Part shown: in pieces, positions 30,659 through 39,734 of the stretch
Numbering within the stretch: position 1 is the first letter of the stretch
Layout of the letters: the number at the start of each line of letters is the position of its first letter
IMG/VR virus record: IMGVR_UViG_3300020171_000002
DNA length: 57,933 bases
Direction: 5' to 3' (one strand)
Origin: an uncultured virus (IMG/VR IMGVR_UViG_3300020171_000002)
Lineage: Duplodnaviria; Heunggongvirae; Uroviricota; Caudoviricetes
Program-made: the position numbers and the translations under genes
Notes under the pieces: model-generated
What the model was told of the DNA's origin: nothing
Databases searched by the model: none
The model's input: the letters and a program-made list of their open reading frames with translations, nothing else

Positions 30659-31909
30659 ATGGAAGTTTATGTATTAAATAAAGAAGGAAAACCTTTAATG
30701 CCTTGTAAACCAGTAATTGCAAGGTTGCTATTGAAAAAAAATAAAGCAAAATGCATTAAAAGAATTCCATTTACTATTAAACTTCTTGTAAATACCAGTG
30801 ATTACAAGCAAGAAGTGATAGCTGGTATGGACACGGGAAGTAAGGTGATTGGTTGTGCTGCTATTTCTAACAACAAAGTAATTTATCAATCGGAAGTTCA
30901 AATTAGACAAGATATATCAAAAAAGATGAAACAAAGAAGAATGTATCGTAGAAACAGACGAGGTAGGAAAACACGATATAGAAAAGCACGTTGGCAAAAT
31001 AGGGCTTCCATGAGAAAAAAAGGAAGGCTTGCTCCAAGTATTAGGTCTAAAATTGATTCGCATTTAAGGGAACGAAAATTTGTTGAATCAATATTACCCG
31101 TATCTTATTGGAAAGTAGAAACAGCGAGTTTTGATATTCATAAAATCTCTAACCCAAGTATTAAAATAGAGGATTATCAAAATGGAAATCAAAAAGATTT
31201 TTATAATGTAAAGGCTTATGTTTTATACCGAGATAATTATTTGTGTCAGAAGTGTAAGACCAAAAAAGGTAAACTATATGTTCATCATATTATATTTAGA
31301 AATAACGGAGGAACAGACATTCCAGACAATTTAGTTGTTCTTTGTTCAGATTGTCACAAAAAACTTCACAATAAAGAGTTTGAAATCAAAGGGGTAATAA
31401 ATAAAACCAAACATGCTACTGAAATTGGGATTGTTGCATCTCAATTGAAAAAGCAGTTTGGCAACTTTAAAGAATGTTTTGGTTATGAAACTAAATTCAA
31501 AAGAGAGCAAATATTAAAACTCCCTAAAACGCATTATTATGATGCAGTAGCGATATGTTGCGAAAAAAACGAAACTGTTAATTTGATTCCGACTGTTTAT
31601 TTTAAAAAGCATGTTTCTAAAGGAGATTACCGACAAACAAACGGAAAATTCTCAGAAAAAAGAATACCAACGGGTAAATTATTTGGATTGAGAAAGTTTG
31701 ATTATATCCATACGGAAAAGGGTACAGGATGGATTAAAGGTAAAAGAAGTACGGGAATATTTGTCATATCTGACTTAGAAGGTAAAATAATCAATTCATC
31801 AGTGAATGTAAAGAAAGGTTTTGTAAGATTGAAAGCAAGAACAACAACCTTAATAGAAGGGAGGGACACGTTCCTCCACGGGATAAGTCCTGTGGTTCCT
31901 CGTGCTTAA
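30659..31909 (+). CDS. iscB: IscB RNA-guided endonuclease
   Basis: PLMP, RuvC-I GMDTG, Arg-rich bridge helix, RuvC-II E, HNH (HHII..N..CSDCH) and RuvC-III HYYDA. Confidence 0.95.
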   Translation: MEVYVLNKEGKPLMPCKPVIARLLLKKNKAKCIKRIPFTIKLLVNTSDYKQEVIAGMDTGSKVIGCAAISNNKVIYQSEVQIRQDISKKMKQRRMYRRNRRGRKTRYRKARWQNRASMRKKGRLAPSIRSKIDSHLRERKFVESILPVSYWKVETASFDIHKISNPSIKIEDYQNGNQKDFYNVKAYVLYRDNYLCQKCKTKKGKLYVHHIIFRNNGGTDIPDNLVVLCSDCHKKLHNKEFEIKGVINKTKHATEIGIVASQLKKQFGNFKECFGYETKFKREQILKLPKTHYYDAVAICCEKNETVNLIPTVYFKKHVSKGDYRQTNGKFSEKRIPTGKLFGLRKFDYIHTEKGTGWIKGKRSTGIFVISDLEGKIINSSVNVKKGFVRLKARTTTLIEGRDTFLHGISPVVPRA

Positions 31910-31914
31910 ATCTT

Positions 31915-32724
31915 ATGGAACACGTATATAATGAGGAAAACGATGTTTGGGGGTTTCCTCAAACATACAAAGGAATTGAATTTCATCCAATAAAATTGAG
32001 TGATTTTTTAACAGAAAAACTTTTTTATAGAATTTTTGGTTATCCAAAAGAGTATATAAAAGAAAAAGAAATAATTAAATTAAGTTATTTAAAATATATC
32101 TTATATTATGTTCCATTAGCAACAAAAGAAGATTCTTCTATTGTCCAAAAAAATTTAGAAAATTTTTTTAAAAAAATTTGTAAAACCGATAAAGTTTCTT
32201 TAGAGGTACAAAAATTAGATTTTATTAAAAATGAAATTGATTCTATACTTTTGAGTATAAAAATAAATGGTGTTTCATTTAATGAAGAAGATTTTGATAT
32301 TTTAAGAGAGATGATATTGAAACAAAATGGAAGTTCTGTAAGATATATAGAAGATTTTGATCCAACATTGGAAGAAAAATTAAATTGGTTTAATAGGAAA
32401 ACAGAGGGTGTAACATTTGAAGATCAGTTGGTTACATATTGTGCATTATCTAAAATTCCTATTTGTGATGATTCGATTAAGAATATGACTATTTATCAAT
32501 TTAAAAAAAGTTTTCAAAGATTGGCACTACTTCTCGATTACGAGAATTTATTCCCATTAGAGATTTCGGGACAAATAAAGTCAAAGACAGGGAAAGAAAT
32601 TGTCAAACATTATATGTCTCATATTGGACAAGAGGGAAGGTATGATTCAATCTTAATAAGTAAAGATGACTTTATGAATAATCATCAACTTATGAAAGAA
32701 AATAATTTAAAAAATGAAAAATAA
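31915..32724 (+). CDS. Tail-module protein (YomV-like, possible assembly chaperone)
   Basis: Position before the tail tube gene and the IKNMTIYQF motif. Confidence 0.55.
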   Translation: MEHVYNEENDVWGFPQTYKGIEFHPIKLSDFLTEKLFYRIFGYPKEYIKEKEIIKLSYLKYILYYVPLATKEDSSIVQKNLENFFKKICKTDKVSLEVQKLDFIKNEIDSILLSIKINGVSFNEEDFDILREMILKQNGSSVRYIEDFDPTLEEKLNWFNRKTEGVTFEDQLVTYCALSKIPICDDSIKNMTIYQFKKSFQRLALLLDYENLFPLEISGQIKSKTGKEIVKHYMSHIGQEGRYDSILISKDDFMNNHQLMKENNLKNEK

Positions 32725-32738
32725 AAGGAGATAATAAT

Positions 32739-33764
32739 ATGGCAAATAATTTCTTAGTTAGTGTTGCAGATGCAATATTGAGAAACCCAACTACTCTTGA
32801 AACCTTAGCTATAGGTAAAGCAAACATTAATTCCGCTTTCAATATTACTATGCAGAATACAGATGTTCGTGGTGGAATTGGAAATCCGTTACTTTATAGT
32901 TTTTATCATGATCGTATGGTTGAAGTTTCAATTGAGTCTGCTATTTTTGCAAAGTCTATTTTGGCTTTAAATGCGGGGGCAAGTGTAACAAATGGTGCGT
33001 TGACTTGTGTTAAACAAGAGGATCTTGTTTTAGTTGCTGATGATGGTACTTTAAGTGAAACTCCGCTTGGGAATGTTAGTGTAATTCTTCCAAATGGAAC
33101 AATTCAAACTGTAACTCCTGTTGGAACAACCATCACCGTTTCGGCTGGTGGAACTCAGAAAGTTACTGTAATTTATACTTATACCGATACTGTTGATTAT
33201 GTTGTTGGTTCTACAACTGAGCCTCCAACCATTGTAGATTTAATTTTGATTGCTGAAGTAAAAGATAATACGGGTATTGTTGAAAGACTTCAGATTCATG
33301 TTCCTCGATTCCAAATTTCCGGTAATTATAGTTTGGCTATGACAGCTAATGGTGTTTCTACTGAAACTCTTGATGGTAAAGCATTAGAAGTTACTTCTAT
33401 TACAACTGATCCAAATTACTATTATCGTGTAGCATGGATTCCTGTTTCTACTTCTGCTATTGCTGTTTCTAGCATTGCTATTACTCCTACGGTTTTAACC
33501 TTTGATACAGCGGATTTACCAAAATCTAAACAGGCTAATCTTTTAGGTATTCGTGGTGGGACTTACGCAAACGCCAATATTACTACATCTGCATCTTGGA
33601 TTAGAACAAGTGGATGTATTACATTTAATATTGGTGCTGCAACTGGTATAGTTTCTGCTTGTGCTACTGTTGGAGTTGGAGATGCTGCTTTATTTACGGC
33701 AACCTATTATGACCCCACAAGTGGATCATTGACGGATACATTTAGTGCTGTTGGCACAGCATAG
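32739..33764 (+). CDS. Major tail tube protein (YomU-like) with C-terminal Ig-like domain
   Basis: DVRGGIGNPLLY motif, T/V/A-rich, strong RBS, downstream hairpin. Confidence 0.7.
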   Translation: MANNFLVSVADAILRNPTTLETLAIGKANINSAFNITMQNTDVRGGIGNPLLYSFYHDRMVEVSIESAIFAKSILALNAGASVTNGALTCVKQEDLVLVADDGTLSETPLGNVSVILPNGTIQTVTPVGTTITVSAGGTQKVTVIYTYTDTVDYVVGSTTEPPTIVDLILIAEVKDNTGIVERLQIHVPRFQISGNYSLAMTANGVSTETLDGKALEVTSITTDPNYYYRVAWIPVSTSAIAVSSIAITPTVLTFDTADLPKSKQANLLGIRGGTYANANITTSASWIRTSGCITFNIGAATGIVSACATVGVGDAALFTATYYDPTSGSLTDTFSAVGTA

Positions 33765-33778
33765 TTGAAATAATTCAT

Positions 33779-33814
33779 ATATTCTGAGAGAGAAATAAAT
33801 CTCTCTCAGAATAT
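33779..33814 (+). terminator. 15-bp perfect hairpin after the tail tube gene
   Basis: ATATTCTGAGAGAGA/TCTCTCTCAGAATAT. Confidence 0.55.
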
Positions 33815-33983
33815 TAAGTGAAATTTTTACTAGCAGTTTTCATTAGCGCAAATTTCGAGTAAAAAAGAAAGAAAAGGAAGATAAAAATGGGAATTAAATT
33901 GATACTCGTTATTGAGGCTTTAGAATGTTTTATATTGAAGGCGTTTTCATTTCCGATTGGAAGAATAGAAATTTGAGGGTAAA

Positions 33984-34259
33984 ATGAATTACTTAGAATC
34001 AACAGCTTTTTTAAATTTTATTTTAGCATTGTTGGGGATGTCATTTTATCTTAGGAATGCTATTCGCTGCAAATCGGCATGGAGAACATTGAAATTTGCG
34101 TTTGCTCTAAATATAGGAATTGTAGCGATATTATATGGGCTGATTATTATGAATGTTATATTTGACCCTTTAATAGTGCGACTAAATACAACATTGTTAC
34201 TAATATTATTGCTTATTAGTGCAGTATTAGGGAGGTCGAAATATGGAACTAGATCTTGA
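33984..34259 (+). CDS. Small membrane protein (3 TM)
   Basis: Three hydrophobic segments. Confidence 0.65.
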   Translation: MNYLESTAFLNFILALLGMSFYLRNAIRCKSAWRTLKFAFALNIGIVAILYGLIIMNVIFDPLIVRLNTTLLLILLLISAVLGRSKYGTRS

Positions 34260-34785
34260 GCGAATAATAAATCTCATTGTTGTCTTAGGGGGTTCAGCTA
34301 CAGCTATTTTAACTGCCATTGTTACCGCTCGAAAAACCTTGCGTGATACAGATGCCAAAATTGATAAAGAAAAAAAAGCACAAAAACTAGCAGAGAAAGA
34401 GTTCGATTTGAAAGAAGATAAAGAACAGGCAGAACTCACTGATAGATTACAAGCCTTGTATTTACGAATGACTGAGGATTTCGAAAAGAAATTTATCTGT
34501 ATGCAAAAAGAAATGGATGAGATAAAACAAAACGCTAAAGATGAACGGGAAGAGATGAAGGCAGAATACAATATTCTTGTTCTGGAATTAGAGTCGAGTC
34601 GAAGACGTGAGCGAGCTAAAACAGAAGCGGGAATTCTTTTAATTAAAGCCATAGAATCATTTTTAGCAATGAGGTCTAAATATGACAACGATCCGCAATC
34701 ACGAGAAGATTATGAAGTTACTGATGTCAAATTGTTAGCTACACTAAAAGAGGTTAAGGACTTATTTCAGAGTGAACGTCAATAA
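34243..34785 (+). CDS. Membrane-anchored coiled-coil protein (possibly lysis-related)
   Basis: N-terminal TM followed by a charged coiled coil. Confidence 0.6.
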   Translation: MELDLERIINLIVVLGGSATAILTAIVTARKTLRDTDAKIDKEKKAQKLAEKEFDLKEDKEQAELTDRLQALYLRMTEDFEKKFICMQKEMDEIKQNAKDEREEMKAEYNILVLELESSRRRERAKTEAGILLIKAIESFLAMRSKYDNDPQSREDYEVTDVKLLATLKEVKDLFQSERQ

Positions 34786-34895
34786 ATAACATAATATAAC
34801 TATGTGTAAAACATGTAAATTTCAGTTTTAGGGCTATAAGCCCTGTAGATAACTCTACTTGCTTTTTTAAATAATATAAAATAAGGATTTATAAA

Positions 34896-35519
34896 ATGAA
34901 TAAGGTAAAAATAAATTTTCCCGAATCAGAAACAAAAGAATTTTCTTTTTTTAAACAAACAATAATCGTTGAAACTTTTATTGATTATGAGAAAGAAATA
35001 AAATATATTAAAGAATACATAGAAAATTTAAATAAATATTCTCATTTTGCTGATGGATTTATTGTAGCAGAAAAAGTTTTAATGTCTCATATTGTTGAAG
35101 ATTTAACAAACATAGAAATAGGAGAGGATTTTGATTCTAATCTTATTGAAAAATATATTTGGAAAGATATAAAAGATAGAATAGATAATTATTATGTTTT
35201 TAGAAATCACTTAGAAGATGTTCTTTCTTTTATTCAAAAAGATCAATTATCGTTATCTACCATTGAAGAAATTCTAAATGAAGCAATGAATGGCTTTACT
35301 GAATTATCAAAAAACATAAATGATAGTGTTGATATTATTAGAAATTCTTTTGTAAAATTAATTGATAATTTTAAAGATTTGGATGTTGAAGATTTAAAGA
35401 ATGTAATAAAAGGTTTTAATAATTCTTTGGAAGATTTAAATGATAAAGTTCCTGGATTATTAACTGAGGATCAAAAAGAACAAAAAAGAAAACCAGGCAG
35501 ACCTAAAAAAATAGAGTAG
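34896..35519 (+). CDS. Hypothetical protein
   Basis: 207-aa ORF with RBS. Confidence 0.7.
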   Translation: MNKVKINFPESETKEFSFFKQTIIVETFIDYEKEIKYIKEYIENLNKYSHFADGFIVAEKVLMSHIVEDLTNIEIGEDFDSNLIEKYIWKDIKDRIDNYYVFRNHLEDVLSFIQKDQLSLSTIEEILNEAMNGFTELSKNINDSVDIIRNSFVKLIDNFKDLDVEDLKNVIKGFNNSLEDLNDKVPGLLTEDQKEQKRKPGRPKKIE

Positions 35520-35522
35520 AAT

Positions 35523-35732
35523 ATGATTAAACACGGTAAAAACAAAACGTTGAAACGATTGGGGAAACCTTGTTCAGACTGTGAATCAAAAGAAACATAT
35601 TTAATTTTAATAAATGAACATATAGATGGAATTATATATCCAAAAAAATATATTCATTGTCGATCCTGTGATTTTTCAGAAATATTCAGAGATAAAAAAC
35701 ATAAGGACAAATATCAAGAAGATTTTCAATAA
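35523..35732 (+). CDS. Small Zn-ribbon protein
   Basis: CSDC...CRSC. Confidence 0.6.
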   Translation: MIKHGKNKTLKRLGKPCSDCESKETYLILINEHIDGIIYPKKYIHCRSCDFSEIFRDKKHKDKYQEDFQ

Positions 35733-35757
35733 TTTAATATGGTGAGGAGGGTGACGT

Positions 35758-36267
35758 ATGAAAATTAAAAATGAAACCCAATTAAAACTCATAATGTTAA
35801 ATCAAATGAAGTCCGTAATGGATATGATTGTTGATGATATATTAGAGTTATTGAAAAAAAATATTGATAAAAAAGTATATAATGCTTTTTCTCCAGTTAA
35901 ATATGAAAGACTGGGTAATAATGGTGGTCTTAGAGATTTATGGCAGGAGGAAAAGTCAAAAACCGTAGGGGGAAGAGTTATTGGTGAAGTAAAAGAAAGT
36001 CCAGAAAGATTAATATTAAATCAAGATAACTTTCAACATGGTAGTAAATTTAAAAGACAAGAAGGTTGGTATGAAAGTGATATTAGAGAAGCATTGGCAG
36101 AAATTGTAATTGAAGGAAAAAGCGGTGATCTTTTTGGTGATGGAAAATGGAGAAAGCCTAGGGACTTTTGGCATCCATTAATTGATAAATTGGATGCAGG
36201 TCAAATTAATCAAATAATTGAAAAGGCTTTTAAAAAACACAAAATAAAATTTATTAGAATATATTAG
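35758..36267 (+). CDS. Putative tail completion protein (HK97 gp10-like)
   Basis: VY..YER...GGL and PRDFW motifs. Confidence 0.55.
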   Translation: MKIKNETQLKLIMLNQMKSVMDMIVDDILELLKKNIDKKVYNAFSPVKYERLGNNGGLRDLWQEEKSKTVGGRVIGEVKESPERLILNQDNFQHGSKFKRQEGWYESDIREALAEIVIEGKSGDLFGDGKWRKPRDFWHPLIDKLDAGQINQIIEKAFKKHKIKFIRIY

Positions 36268-36280
36268 GAGTAATATAAAA

Positions 36281-36589
36281 ATGGCTGAAGAAAAATTTAA
36301 AGATTTAGGTGAATTTTTAATTTGGTTAACTGGCGGTGGTGGAGCTTTATTGGTTTCATTTTTAGCTGAAAGATGGGATTGGTTTCAAGCACAAACATCT
36401 AAAGTAAAACAATTTTTAATGATTGTCATTCCTTCTTTGTTAGGCATTGGGGCTTTGGCAATTACTACTTTTGTTCCTCAAGAAATTATAGCACAAGCCT
36501 CTCCATATTTTATGGTTGTTGTAACTGTAATTACTTATATTTTAGGGACTAAAGCATTTCATATTGTTGATAAAAACAATAGCGCATAA
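36281..36589 (+). CDS. Holin
   Basis: 102 aa with three TM segments, in the late region. Confidence 0.6.
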   Translation: MAEEKFKDLGEFLIWLTGGGGALLVSFLAERWDWFQAQTSKVKQFLMIVIPSLLGIGALAITTFVPQEIIAQASPYFMVVVTVITYILGTKAFHIVDKNNSA

Positions 36590-36608
36590 TAATTGGAAAT
36601 ATTGGATG

Positions 36609-36648
36609 TAGAACACGTTTCGGGTCTCCGAGCGTGTTCTATTTTTTT
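36609..36648 (+). terminator. Rho-independent terminator
   Basis: TAGAACACG...CGTGTTCTA stem followed by T7. Confidence 0.8.
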
Positions 36649-36672
36649 AGAAATAATGAAAAAGGATAAAAA

Positions 36673-37104
36673 ATGAATAAAATAAATATTGTTATAAATA
36701 ATAATGTTTTGGAAAAATATTTAAAATATTATTTTTTAAAATATCCAAAAAGAAAGAAGAAACCAATCGAAAATCCAATTCCTCCAAGTTTAAATGCATG
36801 GATGGTTATGCGTAGATTCCAAATGAATCACCAGAAACAATGTTGGAAAGAATTTGGAGAATGGCTAGTAAAATATTATAATTTAGAAAATAAAAATATT
36901 GATAAATGCAAGATAGAAATAGAATATTTTTTTAATAGTAAAAGAAGACACGATTCTGATAACTATACTCCTAAAAATTTATTCGATTCTTTTACCAGTT
37001 CTGGTCTTTTGATAGACGATGATTTTAATCATGTGGAATCTTTAACTATAAAAGGTAATTATTCCAAAGAAGATCCTAGAACAGAAATTAGGATTTTTTA
37101 TTAA
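36673..37104 (+). CDS. rusA: RusA-like Holliday junction resolvase
   Basis: PPSLN, RRHDSDN and GLLIDDD motifs. Confidence 0.8.
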   Translation: MNKINIVINNNVLEKYLKYYFLKYPKRKKKPIENPIPPSLNAWMVMRRFQMNHQKQCWKEFGEWLVKYYNLENKNIDKCKIEIEYFFNSKRRHDSDNYTPKNLFDSFTSSGLLIDDDFNHVESLTIKGNYSKEDPRTEIRIFY

Positions 37105-37106
37105 TT

Positions 37107-37883
37107 ATGGAAAAAATATGTGGAATTTATTGTATTGAAAATATTATTAATAATAAAAAATATGTTGGGTGGGCAATTAATATTTATAAAAGATGGAGTA
37201 AACATAAAAGTGAGTTGCGAGGAAATTATCATAAAAATAAATACTTACAAAACGCATGGAATAAATATGGCGAAGAATATTTTAATTTTTGGATTATTCA
37301 AGAATGTGAGATTGATTTATTACAATTAATGGAAATTTATTGGATAGTTTATTATGAATCTTTTTTTAAGGATAAGGGGGGTTATAACTTAACTAGAGGA
37401 GGAGATGGACGAACTGGTATGAGTGGAGAATTAGCTCCGATGTATGGAAAACATCATACGGAAGAAACTAAAAAGAAAATGTCCAAGTCGTCAAAAGGAC
37501 AAATAATGTCAATCGAAGCTAGAAAGAAAATGTCTATCTATCGATCTCAAAGAAAATTAAGTAAAGAAACTAGAAATAAAATATCTCAATCTAACATGGG
37601 TAGGATAGTTGAAGATAAAACAAAAAAGAAAATTGGATATAAAAATCTAGGCACAAAAAAAAATGTAAAGAATAGGAGTAGTGATTATTTTGGAGTGAGT
37701 TGGTATAAAAAGCGTAATAACTGGGTTGTTCACTTAACTATTCAAGGGATTAATAAGACACTTGGATATTTTAAAGATGAAATAGATGCTGCCAAATATT
37801 ATGATGTCATTAGTTGGGATACTTATAAAGATTTAACAAAATTAAATTTTCCAGAAGATTATAAGAGGATAAAAAATGGTTAG
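37107..37883 (+). CDS. Free-standing GIY-YIG endonuclease with NUMOD3 repeats and AP2 domain
   Basis: GIYCI...KYVG, HTEETKKKMS, and SSDYFGVSW...LGYF.DEIDAAKYYD. Confidence 0.85.
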   Translation: MEKICGIYCIENIINNKKYVGWAINIYKRWSKHKSELRGNYHKNKYLQNAWNKYGEEYFNFWIIQECEIDLLQLMEIYWIVYYESFFKDKGGYNLTRGGDGRTGMSGELAPMYGKHHTEETKKKMSKSSKGQIMSIEARKKMSIYRSQRKLSKETRNKISQSNMGRIVEDKTKKKIGYKNLGTKKNVKNRSSDYFGVSWYKKRNNWVVHLTIQGINKTLGYFKDEIDAAKYYDVISWDTYKDLTKLNFPEDYKRIKNG

Positions 37884-38871
37884 AATATATAATAAAATTT
37901 ATTCAGAAAATGAATATAATGAAGTTAATTCATTTAATAAAAGTACCGTCTTAGATTTTTTAGAAGAATACCAACAACGGAAAATGAAAGCAAGCACCAT
38001 AAAACAATATGAAAATGATCTCAGAATAATAAATATTTTTGTAAAAAGATTTTGCGGAAATAGAAATTTATTAGAATTAGGAAAAAGAGATTTTAGAAAA
38101 CTTAGTATTTGGTTAAGTGATGATTTAAAAATGTCAAACGCTAGAGTAAATCGAGTAATGAGTTGTTGTAGAAGTATGCTTTCTTATATTGAAGATTCTG
38201 ATGAATATGAATATGATATTAACCAGGCTCAGAAAATAAAGGGATTACCAAAAGAGCCTGTTAGAACAGATGAAGATTCTTTTTTTATGACTTTTGATCA
38301 AATCATAAGGGTAAAAGAAAAATTACTGGAAATGGGAGAAATTCAACTTGCCTTACTTCATATGATGATGTTTGATAGTGGAGCAAGAAGAAATGAAATT
38401 GCTCAAATAAAAAAACACAATCTTTTGAACGGTAATAAAACCAATATAGTTGTAGGAAAAAGAGGAAAAATATTTCCATTAGTTTATCTAGACGATACCA
38501 AAGAATTGATAAGACTTTGGTTAGATAAACGTGGAGAAGATAATGTTGAATCTTTATGGATTGTCGGCAATGGTGATAAAAAAAGAGAAGCCTCTTATGA
38601 AATGATTTATGATTGGGTTTTAAAAATAAGAGAAATTTTGAGTGAAATTGAAGAAAAACAAATGAATATTTTTCCCCATAGTTATCGACATTCCAGATGT
38701 GAATGTTTATTACAAGGAGAAGATAAAAGAATTTTAGATAAAGATGGAATTCCTAAAAAATTTAGTTTGGAACAAGTTCAAGTTTATCTTCATCATTCTG
38801 ATCCAAAAACTACTTTAGATTATTCAAAAGATCATACAGACGAAATTATAGATGAAATGTTTGGTTTATGA
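37876..38871 (+). CDS. Tyrosine recombinase (XerC/D-like, YomM-like position)
   Basis: Catalytic R (GARRNE), K (GKRGK), HSYR and H...Y (HHSDPKTTLDY). Confidence 0.9.
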   Translation: MVRIYNKIYSENEYNEVNSFNKSTVLDFLEEYQQRKMKASTIKQYENDLRIINIFVKRFCGNRNLLELGKRDFRKLSIWLSDDLKMSNARVNRVMSCCRSMLSYIEDSDEYEYDINQAQKIKGLPKEPVRTDEDSFFMTFDQIIRVKEKLLEMGEIQLALLHMMMFDSGARRNEIAQIKKHNLLNGNKTNIVVGKRGKIFPLVYLDDTKELIRLWLDKRGEDNVESLWIVGNGDKKREASYEMIYDWVLKIREILSEIEEKQMNIFPHSYRHSRCECLLQGEDKRILDKDGIPKKFSLEQVQVYLHHSDPKTTLDYSKDHTDEIIDEMFGL

Positions 38872-38909
38872 AATTACCTCTTTTCTAGAGGTTGAAAGGA
38901 GGGTTATTA

Positions 38910-39734
38910 ATGGCTGATGGTGGTTATAATATTATAGTTGGAATTGAGCCTGATGTTACGGGTCTTCAACAAAAACTAGATAGAAAAACTAAGAATATTA
39001 AAATAACAACAAGCGTTAACATGGGGCAAAAAGATATTGACTCCTATGTTAAACAGTGGAATAATCAGATTTCGAGAATGCAGTTTAAGTCTCCAGATAT
39101 TTTTAATAATGCGGAAGTTCAAGCAAATTTAAAAGTTCTTCAAGATAATATTACCAGTTTTTCTCAAAGAGGTGGCGCTTCTGTTCAAGATGTAAGAGGA
39201 AGTTTTGATGATTTAAGAACTTCTGTTACTAAAGTCGGCGCTTCTATGAAGAATACGACTAAAGATGGTTATGGATTTACATCTATGCTTGAAGTTGCTA
39301 TTAAAAAAGTTGCAATATGGTTTCTTGCAACACAAGCTATTTATGGAAGCCTTAGAAAAATAGAAGAGGGAACACAATATATTAAAGATTTGAACAAGGA
39401 ATTAACAAATGTTCAAATTGTTACAGGTATGACGGCTGAAGAAGTTGATAGATTGGCTGTTCAATATAATAAACTTGCAAAAGAAATGGGTGCAACGACT
39501 CTTCAGGTGGCAGAGGGATCTCTAGAATGGTTCAGGCAAGGAAAGACAATTGAAGAAACTTCTGAGTTGATGAGGTCAACTTTGATGCTAAGCAAGCTTG
39601 GTAATTTAGAGGCTGCTCAAGCTACTGAATATTTAACAGCAACATTAAATGGTTTTAAATTAGAGGCTCAAGATGCAAGTTTGGTTGTCGATAAATTAAT
39701 CGATTTGGACAACCAATATGCTACGTCTGCTGGT
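38910..39734 (+). CDS. Tape measure protein, exon 1
   Basis: TP901-type core (LNKELTNVQIVTG...WFRQG...DNQYATSAG). Confidence 0.85.

Larger units (their letters stand above)
30373..31914 (+). mobile_element. Non-autonomous IS200/IS605-family IscB element
   Basis: Matching subterminal hairpins CCACGGGATAAATCCCGTAG and CCACGGGATAAGTCCTGTGG flank omegaRNA plus iscB. No tnpA. Confidence 0.85.

Noticed and set aside
33888..33977. 29-aa ORF with a possible RBS after the tail tube hairpin
   Set aside because: Too short to support without homology or expression data.
20174..38890. Degenerate variants of the N6 palindrome near 20174, 25864, 34814, 34876 and 38868
   Set aside because: They have two or more mismatches or the wrong spacer length, so they cannot be told from chance in AT-rich DNA.
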